Assembly (NCBI GenBank): GCA_000004695.1
Contig: CM000153.2
Location: forward strand, 928,001-992,000
Source: Dictyostelium discoideum
Taxonomy: Eukaryota
DNA: 64,000 nucleotides
Direction of reading: 5' to 3'
Numbering within the stretch: position 1 is the stretch's first letter; every line of letters starts with the position of its first letter. Shown one piece after another: positions 16,768-29,921 of this stretch. The notes under the pieces are model-generated. The model did no database searches. It was not told the origin of the DNA and saw nothing but the letters and a program-made list of their open reading frames with translations. Made by a program: the position numbers and the translations under genes.

Positions 16768-17249
16768 TAAGATTAAAATAAAAAAAAAAAAAAAAAAATT
16801 TTATAAAATATTAAAAAAACAAAAAATTTCTACCACACTCAAAATAGTATTACATGTTTGAATGATAATTTTTTCATCACTTTAAACCTTACCAATAAAA
16901 CATAACACCATAAACAAATATATTTTTAAAATAATTAAACCAAATTGCAAAAAGGTGTATTTTTTTTAAATTTTATTTAACCTAAATTTTGAAAAGGAAA
17001 TCAAGTATAGATTTGAATAAAAAATTTAATGGTAGTGTGGGGTGGTTGTAAAACTAATAACCCCAAAAATTAAAATTTTCCAAATATAATTTGTTTTTAA
17101 TAAAAATTAAAAAATAATTTTTTTTTTTTTAAAAAAAGTATTATTATTTTTATTTATCATAATAAATAAAAAGTATAAATAGGATAATTTGAAATTATAA
17201 TTTTATTAAATCAATGATTTGCATAATTTTATTTTATAATCAACTATAA

Positions 17250-17895
17250 ACTTTATCAAGATATTCAACTATTTACTGATAATATTGATCAAAATAAAGA
17301 TGGAGTATTAACTGCAGAAGAAATATATAATTCATTTTTAAAAAGTAAAATATTGAAAAAGAAAAAAAAATTAATATCACACTAATAATAATAATAATAA
17401 TCATAAAAATAATATTATTATACTAACAATTTTTAATTATTTAAAATATAAAAAAAAAAAAAAGAGATGAATGGTAATAAATATGAGGCATCTAAAGCTA
17501 CTGGTATTTTATGTTCAACAATTGATACAGACAAAGATGGTAAATTCTCTCAAAAAGAAATTGGAAAATATCGTTTTAATATTGCAAAAAAACAAATTGA
17601 AGAAAATTCTGATACTGCTGCTATAGCTGATGTTCAAGCATTGTTGTTAAGACTTGATACAGGTAAAATCCATCTGCTTAAATTCTATGTTTAAAAACTT
17701 GGAACATAATACCATAAAAATAAATTTAAACATTTTTTTTAATATAAAAAATCTTTTTCTATATTTATTTATTTTCTTTTTTTTTAAATTTCCTGTTTTT
17801 TTTTTATTTCCAAAATAAAAAACCTATTTTTAAATAAATATTGTTCTACTTTCACTGGATCACATTCTATTGATATTATTGATGTTAATCCAGGT
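17250..17895 (+). CDS. Small EF-hand calcium-binding protein, approximate multi-exon model. Exons are about 17255..17375, 17475..17667 and possibly 17888..17905. The 5' start exon was not located.
   Basis: Two canonical EF loops: [12 protein letters not shown] (about 17300) and [12 protein letters not shown] (about 17530). Donor AAAAA|GTAAAA. Acceptor A-run AG|AGATGAATGG. Donor ACA G|GTAAAA at 17668. Confidence 0.35.
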
Positions 17896-18221
17896 TGTAA
17901 GTGTCATTAAAAAAAAGATTTACCTTTCAAAAAAAAAATTTTTATGTTGATAATGTTTTTTAATTTTAATTTTTGGTCAATGGAAAATATTTAAAAATAC
18001 TTTTAAAATATTTATATATAAAATAATAACTTTTAAAAATTTTTTTTTTTTTTAATTAAAATCCCAAAACTTCAATTATTTTTTATTCCACACAAATTTT
18101 TTTTTTTTTTTTTTCATTTTTTTTTTTTTTTCATTATTTTTTTTTTTTTCAAGTTTATATAAATACTTATTTATTTATTTATTTATTATATATTATTATA
18201 TATTTTTAAAAAAAAAAAAAA

Positions 18222-19244
18222 ATGGAAGAATTAGAAATTTTAAGAAAAAAGTTATATTCAATTCAAAGACAAGATAATACTCAAAAATTATCAGAAAGGA
18301 ATTGTATTGAAATAATAGTTAAAATGATTGATTTGAAAATGATTGATATAATTCATTCATTAGATGGCAAAGAATATATAACACCAAAACAATTAGAGAA
18401 TGAAATTAAAGATGAAATTTTAAAATGTGGTGGTAGAGTTGTAGTTTGTGATCTTCAATCAATACTATCGATTGATATCATTCATATTGAAGAAGCTTTA
18501 GAGAAATTAAAAAAACGTGATAAATCAATTCAAATCTATCAAGGTGAAATTATGACTCGTTATTATTTAGATTCAATCCTACAAGAAATTCAAGAACAAC
18601 TTCAAGAAGTTGGTAAACTTCATATAAATGATTTATCAAATAGATTTTCAATTGGTGTTGATTTTTTAATTAATTTAATTGAACAAAATTTAAAAAAATT
18701 TAACCGTTCATTAAATAATTCAACAAATAATAATAATAATAATAATAATATATTATTAAAAAATATTATATTTGATAATCAAGAAGTACTTTATACTCAA
18801 TCACATATTAATAGACATTATCATAAAGTTATTGGACTATTCTCATCAATTACTCAACCAATTTTAATTAATAATGTAATTAAACAACATCAAAATCATT
18901 ATCAATTAAATGAAAGATTAGTACGTCAACAATTACAAGAATTAATTGAAAATAAAAGAATCAATGGTTTCATTCAAGGTAAAGCTAGTAATGCTGAATT
19001 TATTCCAACCATTTTCTCACAATCTAGATTAAAATGGATTGATTCATTCTATCATCAAAATCAATTCATAACATTTGATTCAGTTTCAAAATTACAAATT
19101 AATGAACCTCAATCATTTTTAAAAAATACTTTTACTGATGGTTTATTATTACATTCTTGTTTTATTCATAAATCTTTAATTGATAAAATTGATGATAATA
19201 TTATTGAAATTATTGAAAATTCAAATTGGTTAGATTTAATTGTA

Positions 19245-19291
<47 letters not shown>

Positions 19292-20449
19292 TTTTAAAAA
19301 AAATTATTATTAACATATATTTATTATTTATTATTTATCAATAAAGCCATTATTACCACCATTAACAGATAAAGATATTTCAATGATTGTTTCAAATTGT
19401 CCAAATATGAAAACAAATAATGCAATACTTTTAGGTAATAGTTTTATAATTAGTAAATCATTTGTTGATCGTTGTTTTACATTACTTCAAAAAACTATTC
19501 AAGAAAGAATGGAAAAACAACAATTAATTTTAGAAAATATAGCTTCTTCAAATATTAAAAAACAACAACAATCAAAATCTGAAATTATTGATCAAAAAAT
19601 TGAAACAACAACAACAACAACGACAACAACTCAACCATCAAAAAAGAAAGATAATTTAATTAATTCAGATGATGATGATAATCAAGATAATAATAAAAAA
19701 TCATCAAAAGGTAAAAATAAAAAATCAAAACAACAACAATCATCCATACAAAAATTAATTAATGATTCAGAAGATGATTATAAAGTTTATAATAAAAAAC
19801 AAGAAAATAATAATAATAATAAAAAAGTTGATCATTTAAAAGAAATTAATCAATTATTAAGTAAATGGTATGAAAATATGGAAGAGGAATTAGTTGAATC
19901 ATTATCACAATATCTTAGACCATTAGTTAATCAATCTTGGGAATCAATGGTTAAAGAAGCTAAAGAGAAATTAGAAAATGAAACACAAAAACAAAGAAAA
20001 CAACAACTTCAACAATTAAATAGTCAATTCTTTTCTTTATATAATAGTTTTTTATTATTTAGAAAGGGTTTACAATCTTTAAACGACGCTGATGATGATA
20101 ATGGAAAAACAATTATAGCATTAGAAAAACATTTATTAAAAACAGTTGGAATAAATATAACAAATCTATTGATTGAAATTAATGCAAACTATCATATGTT
20201 AGATAAAACTACATTTGAAACTCCCTCTGAACGTTCTTTAATCCTTTCACAATTTCCACCACAATTATCAAAAAGTTTTGAAAAATTAATTCAATCTTTA
20301 AATAAATCAACTTTAAATGATTTCATTGATTCATTAGAAAATGTTTGTTCTCAATCTCAAATTAAATTAAAATCTTTAGATAAAAAATTAGAAAAGTAAG
20401 TTATTTTCTATATATATATAGAAACATTTTTAAAAATTAATATTAATTT

Positions 20450-20483
<34 letters not shown>

Positions 20484-20830
20484 TTATTTATTCATTTAGA
20501 CAATTATTAATTGAAAATCAAAATGAATTAGAAGAACAATTTTTAAATGAAATAGATGTCGGTAATCAATTCCAAATTATTGTAAATTTAATGTATATTA
20601 GATATAAAAATAATTACATTTTCTCCCCACCACGTTTAATTGGTAAACTTGTATCAACTTTAGTTATGGACACTTCAATTGATAAAGAAATTATAACAAG
20701 ATTAACAAAACTTCATCAAGAAATTGTAAAGTTAATTACAAATAATAAATTATCAAATCAAGATAATGATAATGATAGTACTGAATTGAATGATCATATA
20801 AAATTCTTTAAAGATTTAATTTTAAACTAA
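18222..20830 (+). CDS. E3 UFM1-protein ligase 1 (UFL1) orthologue; join(18222..19241,19347..20395,20500..20830).
   Basis: N-terminus QKLSERNCIEIIVKMI...SLDGKEYITPKQL matches human QRLSERNCIEIVNKLI...TLDGKEYITP. Intron 1 is LDLI|GTAAGT...AAAG|PLLPPLTD, matching human IAPLLPTSLS. Intron 2 is GAA AA|GTAAGT...TTTAG|A. Confidence 0.9.
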
Positions 20831-21429
20831 TAATAAAAAAAACCAATAAAAAAAATATCCAATAAAATTTACCTTACCCAATATATAAATTAATTTATTT
20901 ATTTATTTTTTTCAAAAAAAGGATATTGAATATGGTAGTGATATTTAAAAAAAAGAAAAGAAGTTATATTTGAAAATATTTATGAAAATATATTTATAAT
21001 ATTATAAATTAATCAAATTTGCAAATTAATAAATTTGGTTTTAATATGATTATTATTTTTTTTTTTTTTCTAAAACGCCAATAGAGAGGAAAGGAAAAAA
21101 AAAAATTGGTGGACCCAAGAAAGAGTTTAGTGATTCCATATTCATAAATAAAAGTTTGAAGTGTTTATTGAGTGACAATAAATGAGTTAGATGAATAAAT
21201 GATTCATTACTTCTTTATCTAATAACCAATTAACTCTTTCCAGTTTAAATAAATAGTTTAAAAAAAAAAAAAAAAAGGAAAAAAAAGAAGGAAAAGTTTT
21301 TGGATATTAATTTTCTTCAATCAATTTATTTAGTTTACACATCTTTTGTTTTTTTTTTAAAATTTTTTTTTTTTTTTTAGTATTTTTTTTTTTTTTTAGT
21401 TTTTTTTTTTTTTTTAGTTTTTTTTTTAT

Positions 21430-22486
21430 TTAACATAATTGGAGTGCTTGGCTAGCATAGAATTTAACATCTTTATCAGTATCTTCATGAAGTTTTACGA
21501 GTAATGGTTTGACTCTTGATTGTACAATTGTGCTATCGAGTAATGGAATAATGGTTTGGAAAGTTTTAGCTACATTAAATCTAATATTTGGAACTTTATC
21601 GGAAACCATTTTGGCCAATAAAGGAACCATTGAACTAGAGATAACATCACCTCCAACAACAGTTGAAAGGGTTGAAATTGAAAATAATGTGGTCATACGA
21701 TAGAGATAGTTTGGATGAGAGTGTAAAGATAAAACTTTTGGAATAATATTATTCTTTGCCCAATCAACTCCAAATACTTCGGTTAATTTCTTCAAATTAT
21801 TAGTTGCTGCTTCACGAATTGAAAATACTGGATCACCTAACCAAGTCATACATAAATTACCAAGTTTTTCATCAAAGAATTCAACACCCTATTTTTTTTA
21901 TAAATAATAATAATAATAATAATAATAATTAGTAAATTAATTATAATAATAATTGTAATAATAATAATAATAATAATAAAATTTAATTTTATAATAACTT
22001 ACTAATTGTGAAGCTAAAAGTGGAATATAATCAATAATTGCTAATCTTACTCTCCATTGATGATCTTCAGCCAATTCAACGATAGCTGGTAATAGAGATT
22101 GTGATAACATTTCAATACCAATTACTTTACTTACTTGATCTAATTTTGAAATGATATTTAAACGAACATCTGGGAAATCATCTTTTAAGAGATGTAAAAA
22201 CAATTCTAAAAGATGAGTTAATGTATCTTCTTTACCATAAATTGGTGCCAATGACATAATGACTTGAGCAAGTGCAGCTCTAACATGTTGTGATGAATCT
22301 GATACCAAATCTTTAACGCATGGAAGAATGGTTTTAATATTCATTTCTTTGGTTAATAATGAACAAACATCTGCAATTCTTAATGATGCTTCTGTACGAA
22401 CTTCTGCTTCTGTATCTTTTAATAATTTAACAAATGCTCCAATTAATTCTGTCTTTGTAATTTCTGTTCCCATTGATTCACATAAC

Positions 22487-22517
<31 letters not shown>

Positions 22518-22876
22518 TTAAAAATTAATTTTAATATATTTTAAATTAAAAATAAAATATAAATATATATATTTAAAAAATATACAAACCTCTTTTAAAA
22601 GACGAGCAACCATATAACGAACTCTCCATGATTTATCTAATGAACTAGCTTTAATAGTTGGTAAAATAAATTGAATGTTTTCTTCATTAGTTAACATTGA
22701 ACCTAATAAAGCACAATTTTCAACACCTAATAAACGAACTGAATCTTGTTCATCAGTTGATAATGATTGAAAGAGTGGAAGGATTTCTGATTTAACTGAT
22801 TCTTTTTCAATTTGTTTTGCAAAACTCTAAAATCATAAATTAAATTTTAAAAAAAAAAAATTGATTAATTAGTTTT

Positions 22877-22913
<37 letters not shown>

Positions 22914-23846
22914 TTAAAAATAGATTTTTTTTTAAAAAAAAAAAACTTACACCTAAATTAGTTGCAGCAGCTCTCTTAACCATTGGTGTATCATCGTGAC
23001 ATAATCCCCCAAAAGTTCTAAAAAAAAAAAAAAAAAGAAAAAGAAAAAGGATTAGAATTAGAATTAGAATATTTTTAAAATAAATAAAAAAAAAATAAAA
23101 TAAAAAGTTAAAAATAGTTTACTTTCTTAAAGATTTCTTCATTTCAGCATTTGCTCTTGGATATGATACAGTGAAAAGTCCACATGCTGATGTACGTGAT
23201 GTAAACCAATCTGCTTTTGATAATGAAAATAATAATGGAAGGAATGATTCTTCGAATGATGATGTTGGGATCTCTTTTGCAATTTTACATAATGATTCCA
23301 CTGCCTAATTATTATTATTATGATTTATTATTATGATTATTTATTATTATTATTTGTATATTTTTAATGTTGAAGGTATTGTATTAATATGATGATCCCT
23401 TTTTTTTTTTTTTAAAAAAAAAAAAAATATTTGTAACATTTAGTTATTTTTATTTTATTTTTTACCTTTTCTCTAACAACTAATTCCTCAGCACCTGCTA
23501 AAATTTGTAATGGTGGTAATAAACAAACAGCATGTTCTGCACCACCAACAAACTCGATTAAATTTCCTAATTCTTCTGATAATACAACTAAAACTTCATC
23601 TTCATCTTCGAGAACAGAGTCTATTTTAAAATTTTATTTTATTTTATTTTATAAATATCTAAATTAGAATGATAATTTTTTTTTTTTTTTATAAAATTTC
23701 CCCTTTAAAAAATAAAAAAAATAAAAAAAACCACACACAGAAAAAAAAAAAAAAATAATCAAAAAAAAAAAAAAAAAAAAAAAAGTGTAACTATTTTGTT
23801 TGTTTTCCCCAAAATAATATATATTATAATCTTTGGACTCTATAAG

Positions 23847-23881
<35 letters not shown>

Positions 23882-24310
23882 CCCTCTTTAATTTTTTTTT
23901 TTCTTTTATTGTCAACCATGATCTGTGATCTTTGTGATCGATTTTAATTTTTTTTTTTTTTTTTTTTTTTTACAAAAAAAATATATAAATAAATTTTATG
24001 AAAATAAAAAAAAAAAAACTTTACCTTGTAAATATGGGATTAATTCTGTACGGGTACGTTCTGGTCCTAATGCTTTTGCAATTGATTGAAGTTTTTTTAT
24101 TGAATTAAGTCTAAGTTGTATATCCTCATTTTTTAATTCATCAATTAAAATAACAATTGGATGATAATCATCCGATTCTGTATTTATAGATGCTATTTAT
24201 AAATTTATATTATTTAAATTAGTCTAAAATTCATTAGGTTCCCTAATCAACCAATTTATTTTTCTTTTTTAATAAAAAAAAAAAAAAATGTCTTATTTGA
24301 ACTTACCCAT
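21430..24310 (-). CDS. pppA: Protein phosphatase 2A 65-kDa scaffold (A/PR65) subunit, 15 HEAT repeats, 8 exons, 584 aa. join complement(21430..21888,22003..22485,22590..22826,22951..23017,23123..23304,23466..23620,24025..24192,24307..24310).
   Basis: Collinear match to human PPP2R1A from [21 protein letters not shown] through [49 protein letters not shown], to [11 protein letters not shown]...[10 protein letters not shown]. Exon 1 is ATGG|GTAAGT. The exon-2 acceptor could be 24192 or 24177. The symbol is from memory and unverified. Confidence 0.85.
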
Positions 24311-24391
24311 TTTTTATATATATAAAAAAATAAATAAACTGAAAAAAAAAAATAATAAAAAAAAAAAAAAAAAAAAAAAAATTGAAAAAAA

Positions 24392-24428
<37 letters not shown>

Positions 24429-24860
24429 CCACTTTTTTTTTTTTTTTTTTTTTTTCCAATTTTAAAAAAAAAATATCATTGGGGTTTTTTTTTTTTTTTT
24501 TTTTATTTTTTAAAAGGGGTTTTTGGCCAAAAAAAAAAAAAAAAAAAAAAAAAAGGTTGTTTTTTTTTTTTTAAAAAAAAAATTTTTAATTTTTTTTAAA
24601 AAAAAAAAAAAGGGCCAAAAAAAAAATTTTTTTTAAAAAAAAAAACCTTTCCTGGAAATAAATTTCCAAAGTTTTTTCCTTTGGACCCCCATTTTTTTTT
24701 TTTTTTTTTTCCATTTTGTGATTCCAAAAAAAAATTTTAACCATTTTTCCACTTATATAGGTTATGGTCGGTTTTTTTTTTTTTTGGGGTTTTTTAAAAA
24801 AAAAAAAAAAAAATTTTTTTTTTGGACTCCCATTTGTGGTGAAAAAAAAAAAAAAATAAA

Positions 24861-24896
<36 letters not shown>

Positions 24897-24922
24897 AAAA
24901 ATAAAAAAAAAAAAAGTTTTTG

Positions 24923-24958
<36 letters not shown>

Positions 24959-24960
24959 AT
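24256..24960. repeat. 700-bp block of A/T homopolymers punctuated by short G/C islands (GGGGTTTTTGGCC, GGACCCCC, GGACTCCCATTTGTGGTG).
   Basis: Direct reading. The track ORFs here are poly-K/poly-F artefacts. Confidence 0.9.
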
Positions 24961-25001
24961 TTCGTCGTAGTCATATTAAAAACTCTATACACACATATAA
25001 A

Positions 25002-25178
25002 ATGTCAAACGCCCTCACCAACATTTTCTATAAATATGTTGCAAGAAGAAACTCCACTTGGATGGCTGGTGCCATTCTTGGTGCTTTCGTTTTAGATTCA
25101 ACTGTTAGCGGTGCTGTTAACACTTTTTTCGATTCAGTAAACAAAGGTGTAAGTAATAATTTGAAAATACAATAATAC

Positions 25179-25227
<49 letters not shown>

Positions 25228-25325
25228 CAATTTTTACTAATCTAATTTATTTTATTTTTTAAAAAAAAAAGAAATTATGGAAAGACGTTTATGCTGAAAG
25301 AGTCAAGAAAGGAATTTCACAATAA
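25002..25325 (+). CDS. Ubiquinol-cytochrome c reductase complex 7.3-kDa subunit (QCR9/UQCR10), 66 aa; join(25002..25148,25272..25325).
   Basis: MSNALTNIFYKYVARRNSTWMAGAILGAFVLDSTVSGAVNTFFDSVNKG|KLWKDVYAERVKKGISQ. It has the single TM helix and the NKGKLWKD signature of yeast Qcr9. Intron is GGT|GTAAGT...AAAAG|AAATTATGG. Confidence 0.8.
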
Positions 25326-25711
25326 ATCTACAAAAAATTCAAGTAATATAATATATACACAAATGGATAAAATTTTTTTGAAAATTTAAAACATAATTAC
25401 AAATCTAAGCATATTTCGATTGCAAATAAAATTAAAAAGACAACTAAAAAAAAAAAAAATAAGAAAATAAAAATAATATTATGTAAAAAAAAAAATTACC
25501 CATATTTATATATCATTTAAAGTTTTATTTTTATTATATATAACACATAAAGTAAAAAAAAAATATATATTATTTGACACCAATTAAGGAAAAAGTTTAT
25601 TTTTAGAAAAAAAAAAAAACAATAGTAGCACTAACTATTGAATTGTTTATTAAGATTTTTTTTTTTTTTTTTTTTTATACTTGAAGTTTATAAATGTTTT
25701 TTTAATTTGGT

Positions 25712-26208
25712 TTAACGATTGAAAGAAAATCGAAGACCTTGTTGAGGTTTACAAATATTTCCTCCATTCCCACATGTGAATTGATAAGGACAACAGTGTT
25801 GCTTATCACTGCAACATTGTGCTAATAACAAAATTGATTTGGTTAGTTTTATAAAAAAACAAAAACTCATTCAATTATAAAAAAAAAAAGAAAAAAAAAA
25901 TATAAATATATATATAACTGATTACCATTTGGAGTTGGACAACATGCATAAGAACCATCACTGGCTGAACAACATGTATTTGAATTTGGACATAAACTTC
26001 CATCAGGACATTTTACTGATCCAAAATCTTGAGTTTCAGTTAACTCTAAACTTTTTTTGGTTTTGTGTTTATTTTCAATATTGTTATTATTATTATTATT
26101 ATTTTTTATTTTAAGATTTTTTAATGAAACACTCTCAACTGTTGATGAAAACAATGCCATTAAAATTAATGAAATAATTCCAAATATAAATATTTTTGAA
26201 TAATTCAT
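25712..26208 (-). CDS. grn: Granulin (single granulin/epithelin module) secreted precursor; join complement(25712..25821,25926..26208).
   Basis: Signal peptide, then VKCPDGSLCPNSNTCCSASDGSYACCPTPNG|AQCCSDKQHCCPYQFTCGNGGNICKP. This is the 12-Cys granulin spacing. Intron is AAT G|GTAATC...TTATTAG|CA. Confidence 0.85.
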
Positions 26209-26401
26209 TCTTTTTTTTTTTTTTTATTGTTTTTTTTTTTTTGATTGTTTTTGATTTTTTTTTTTTTATTGGTTGCGGTTTGAAAAAAAAAAAAAAAAAA
26301 AGAAAAAAATAAAAAAAATGAAAAAATTGAAATTTAATAAAAAATCTAAATTGGATTTTTGTACAAGGATAAAAAAAGAAATAAAAAAACAAACAATATT
26401 A

Positions 26402-26439
<38 letters not shown>

Positions 26440-26932
26440 ATTTATTTCAATCTTTCAATTTTATTTGTTTTTTATTATTTTTTTTTTATTTTTATAAAAA
26501 ATAAAAAAAAAAAAAAAAAAATAAAAAATAATCAAAAACAAATAAAAAATCAATTTTTTTGAGTATACACAAAAAAAAAAAAATAATAGTTTCACACCTT
26601 TTTTTTTTTTTTTTTTTTTTTTTAATTTTATTTTAACTCGGAAATAAATTCGGTGAATGGTAATTAATTACCATGGTTTGTGTATATCTTATTCCAGAAT
26701 AGATTTCTAGCAAAAATATTCCCGAATTTTAAATTTGATCTTCACCATCTTTCATTATTTTTCATTTTTATTTTTTTTTTTATTAAATTTAATTTTTTTT
26801 TTTTTATTTTTTTTTTCATTAATTATTTTTTTTTTTTTTTTAAATTTTATTTTTTTATATATTTCACACACCAACATATATAAATATTATATATATTCAA
26901 ATAATTATATTTATATATAAATAATTAATTAA

Positions 26933-28651
<1,719 letters not shown>

Positions 28652-28820
28652 AAAATAAAATAAAATAAAAAAAAATAAACTAAAATAAATTAATTAATAA
28701 AATTAATTAATTAATTAAATAAATTAAAGTAATTATTAAATTTATTTATTATTTATTTTTTTCTTTTTCTTTTCTTTTTTATTTTGCCAGATCCCATATA
28801 AAGATTTTAAAAAAAAAAAA

Positions 28821-28877
28821 GACAGTTGACGGTAGTTTTTCTTATGAAATGACTGTAGGGTTTGCTGTAAGGTCAAC
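28821..28877 (-). ncRNA. Class I RNA gene (Dictyostelium-specific 55-60-nt ncRNA family), intact copy.
   Basis: RNA sense: GTTGACCTTACAGCAAACCCTACAGTCATTTCATAAGAAAAACTACCGTCAACTGTC + T4. It has the conserved 11-nt CCTTACAGCAA next to a 5'/3' GTTGAC/GTCAAC stem. The DUSE TCCCACAAAA lies on the same strand at 28966..28975. Confidence 0.7.
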
Positions 28878-28965
28878 TTAATTATGTGTTAACTTAAATG
28901 TTTTACACATTTGAAAAAAGATTAAAAAAATTAATTAATTAAGAAGTTTTGAATAAAAAAATAAT

Positions 28966-28975
28966 TTTGTGGGAT
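28966..28975 (-). promoter_or_regulatory. DUSE (Dictyostelium upstream sequence element, [A/T]CCCA[C/T]AA) for the Class I gene at 28821..28877. Equivalent boxes lie at 30371..30380(-), 31731..31740(-), 32408..32417(-, CCCATAA variant), 33511..33520(+), 29435..29442(+) and 32533..32540(+).
   Basis: Exact consensus matches sit 70-95 nt upstream of each predicted RNA 5' end. Confidence 0.6.
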
Positions 28976-28983
28976 AGTTTTGA

Positions 28984-29018
<35 letters not shown>

Positions 29019-29185
29019 TTTTTTATTTTATAATTAAATTTTTCAAGAAATAATTAAGAATTTTTATTTATTTATTTATTTATTTATTTTTTTTTTTTTT
29101 AAACCAATTTTTCCCACCATTAATTACAAATTTATCAAAAAAATCAGATAGACTTGGAAATATTATTAATTGGAAAAAAAAAAAA

Positions 29186-29246
29186 GACAGTTGGTGAAGG
29201 ATCTCTTTGGATGCAGAGAGAGAGATAGAAATGCTCTAAGGTCAAC
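29186..29246 (-). pseudogene. Degenerate Class I RNA copy. The motif is mutated to CCTTAGAGCAT, the 3' stem half to CCAAC, and the DUSE position is mutated.
   Basis: Alignment to the other copies. Confidence 0.45.
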
Positions 29247-29509
29247 TTAATTGTTTTGTTATTCCTTTTCACATAATCAAATAAAATTCAAATTTTGTTT
29301 TTTTTTTTTCAGAATTTATAAACAAAAAAATAATTTGTAGGAGCAACAATAAAACAAAACTTCAATTCTTAAAAAATTACCAAATATTCTATTTTTAAAA
29401 CTTTTTTTTTATTTTTTTTTTTTTCATTTTTTTTTTTTTCAATTACCCATAAAAAGTTTTAATTCACTTAAAATTTGATTAATAAATTAATTTTAAATAT
29501 ATATCAAAT

Positions 29510-29772
29510 GGGCATATCAGGACATCGAGTTTAAAACCTATTCAGACTCCAGAATACAAATTAATTTGAGCGGCAACGTTCATATCAATCTGCACTAAAC
29601 AAATCATTAGAGGAATGATTGCAAAATCAAACCTCTGAAGGTTAAAAAAATGCTGAGAAGTAACAGCATTAAAAAAAACATTTAGACCATAGTTGAGAGT
29701 CTTAAAATCCAACCAGTTAGTAGAGACTAAAAATTTACAAAACCATAAACTCGATCTGATACCTGAAATGCC
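29510..29772 (+). ncRNA. Unclassified 263-nt DUSE-driven RNA, copy 1. It has a long 5'/3' terminal helix and a T6 terminator.
   Basis: DUSE ACCCATAA at 29435..29442, about 68 nt upstream. The 5' GGCATATCAGGACATCGAG pairs with the 3' CTCGATCTGATACCTGAAATGCC. An internal hairpin is TGCTGAGAAGTAACAGCA. It ends GCC+TTTTTT. It is 99% identical to 32597..32859. Confidence 0.55.
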
Positions 29773-29882
29773 TTTTTTATTTTTTAAAATCTTAATGGTA
29801 ATGGAAATAGTGTGACATACCTTTTTACAACAACAATATTATATGATCAGAAACCTACTTACAATAAAAGAAATTTAATAAG

Positions 29883-29921
<39 letters not shown>

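Noticed and set aside
16556-16861. ORF 16556..16861 as a TPR mini-protein gene
   Set aside because: Its start lies in unrelated sequence and its end is A-run read-through. Only the central 170 nt are meaningful, as a duplicate of the upstream gene's 3' end.
23664-24960. Minus-strand ORFs 23664..23915, 24256..24459 and 24586..24960
   Set aside because: They are poly-K/poly-F read-through of A/T homopolymers inside pppA introns and the intergenic block. No start/stop context and no splice sites.
26135-26920. ORFs 26135..26392(-), 26273..26497(+), 26680..26883(+) and 26735..26920(+)
   Set aside because: Low-complexity translations of the divergent grn/gpi promoter region.
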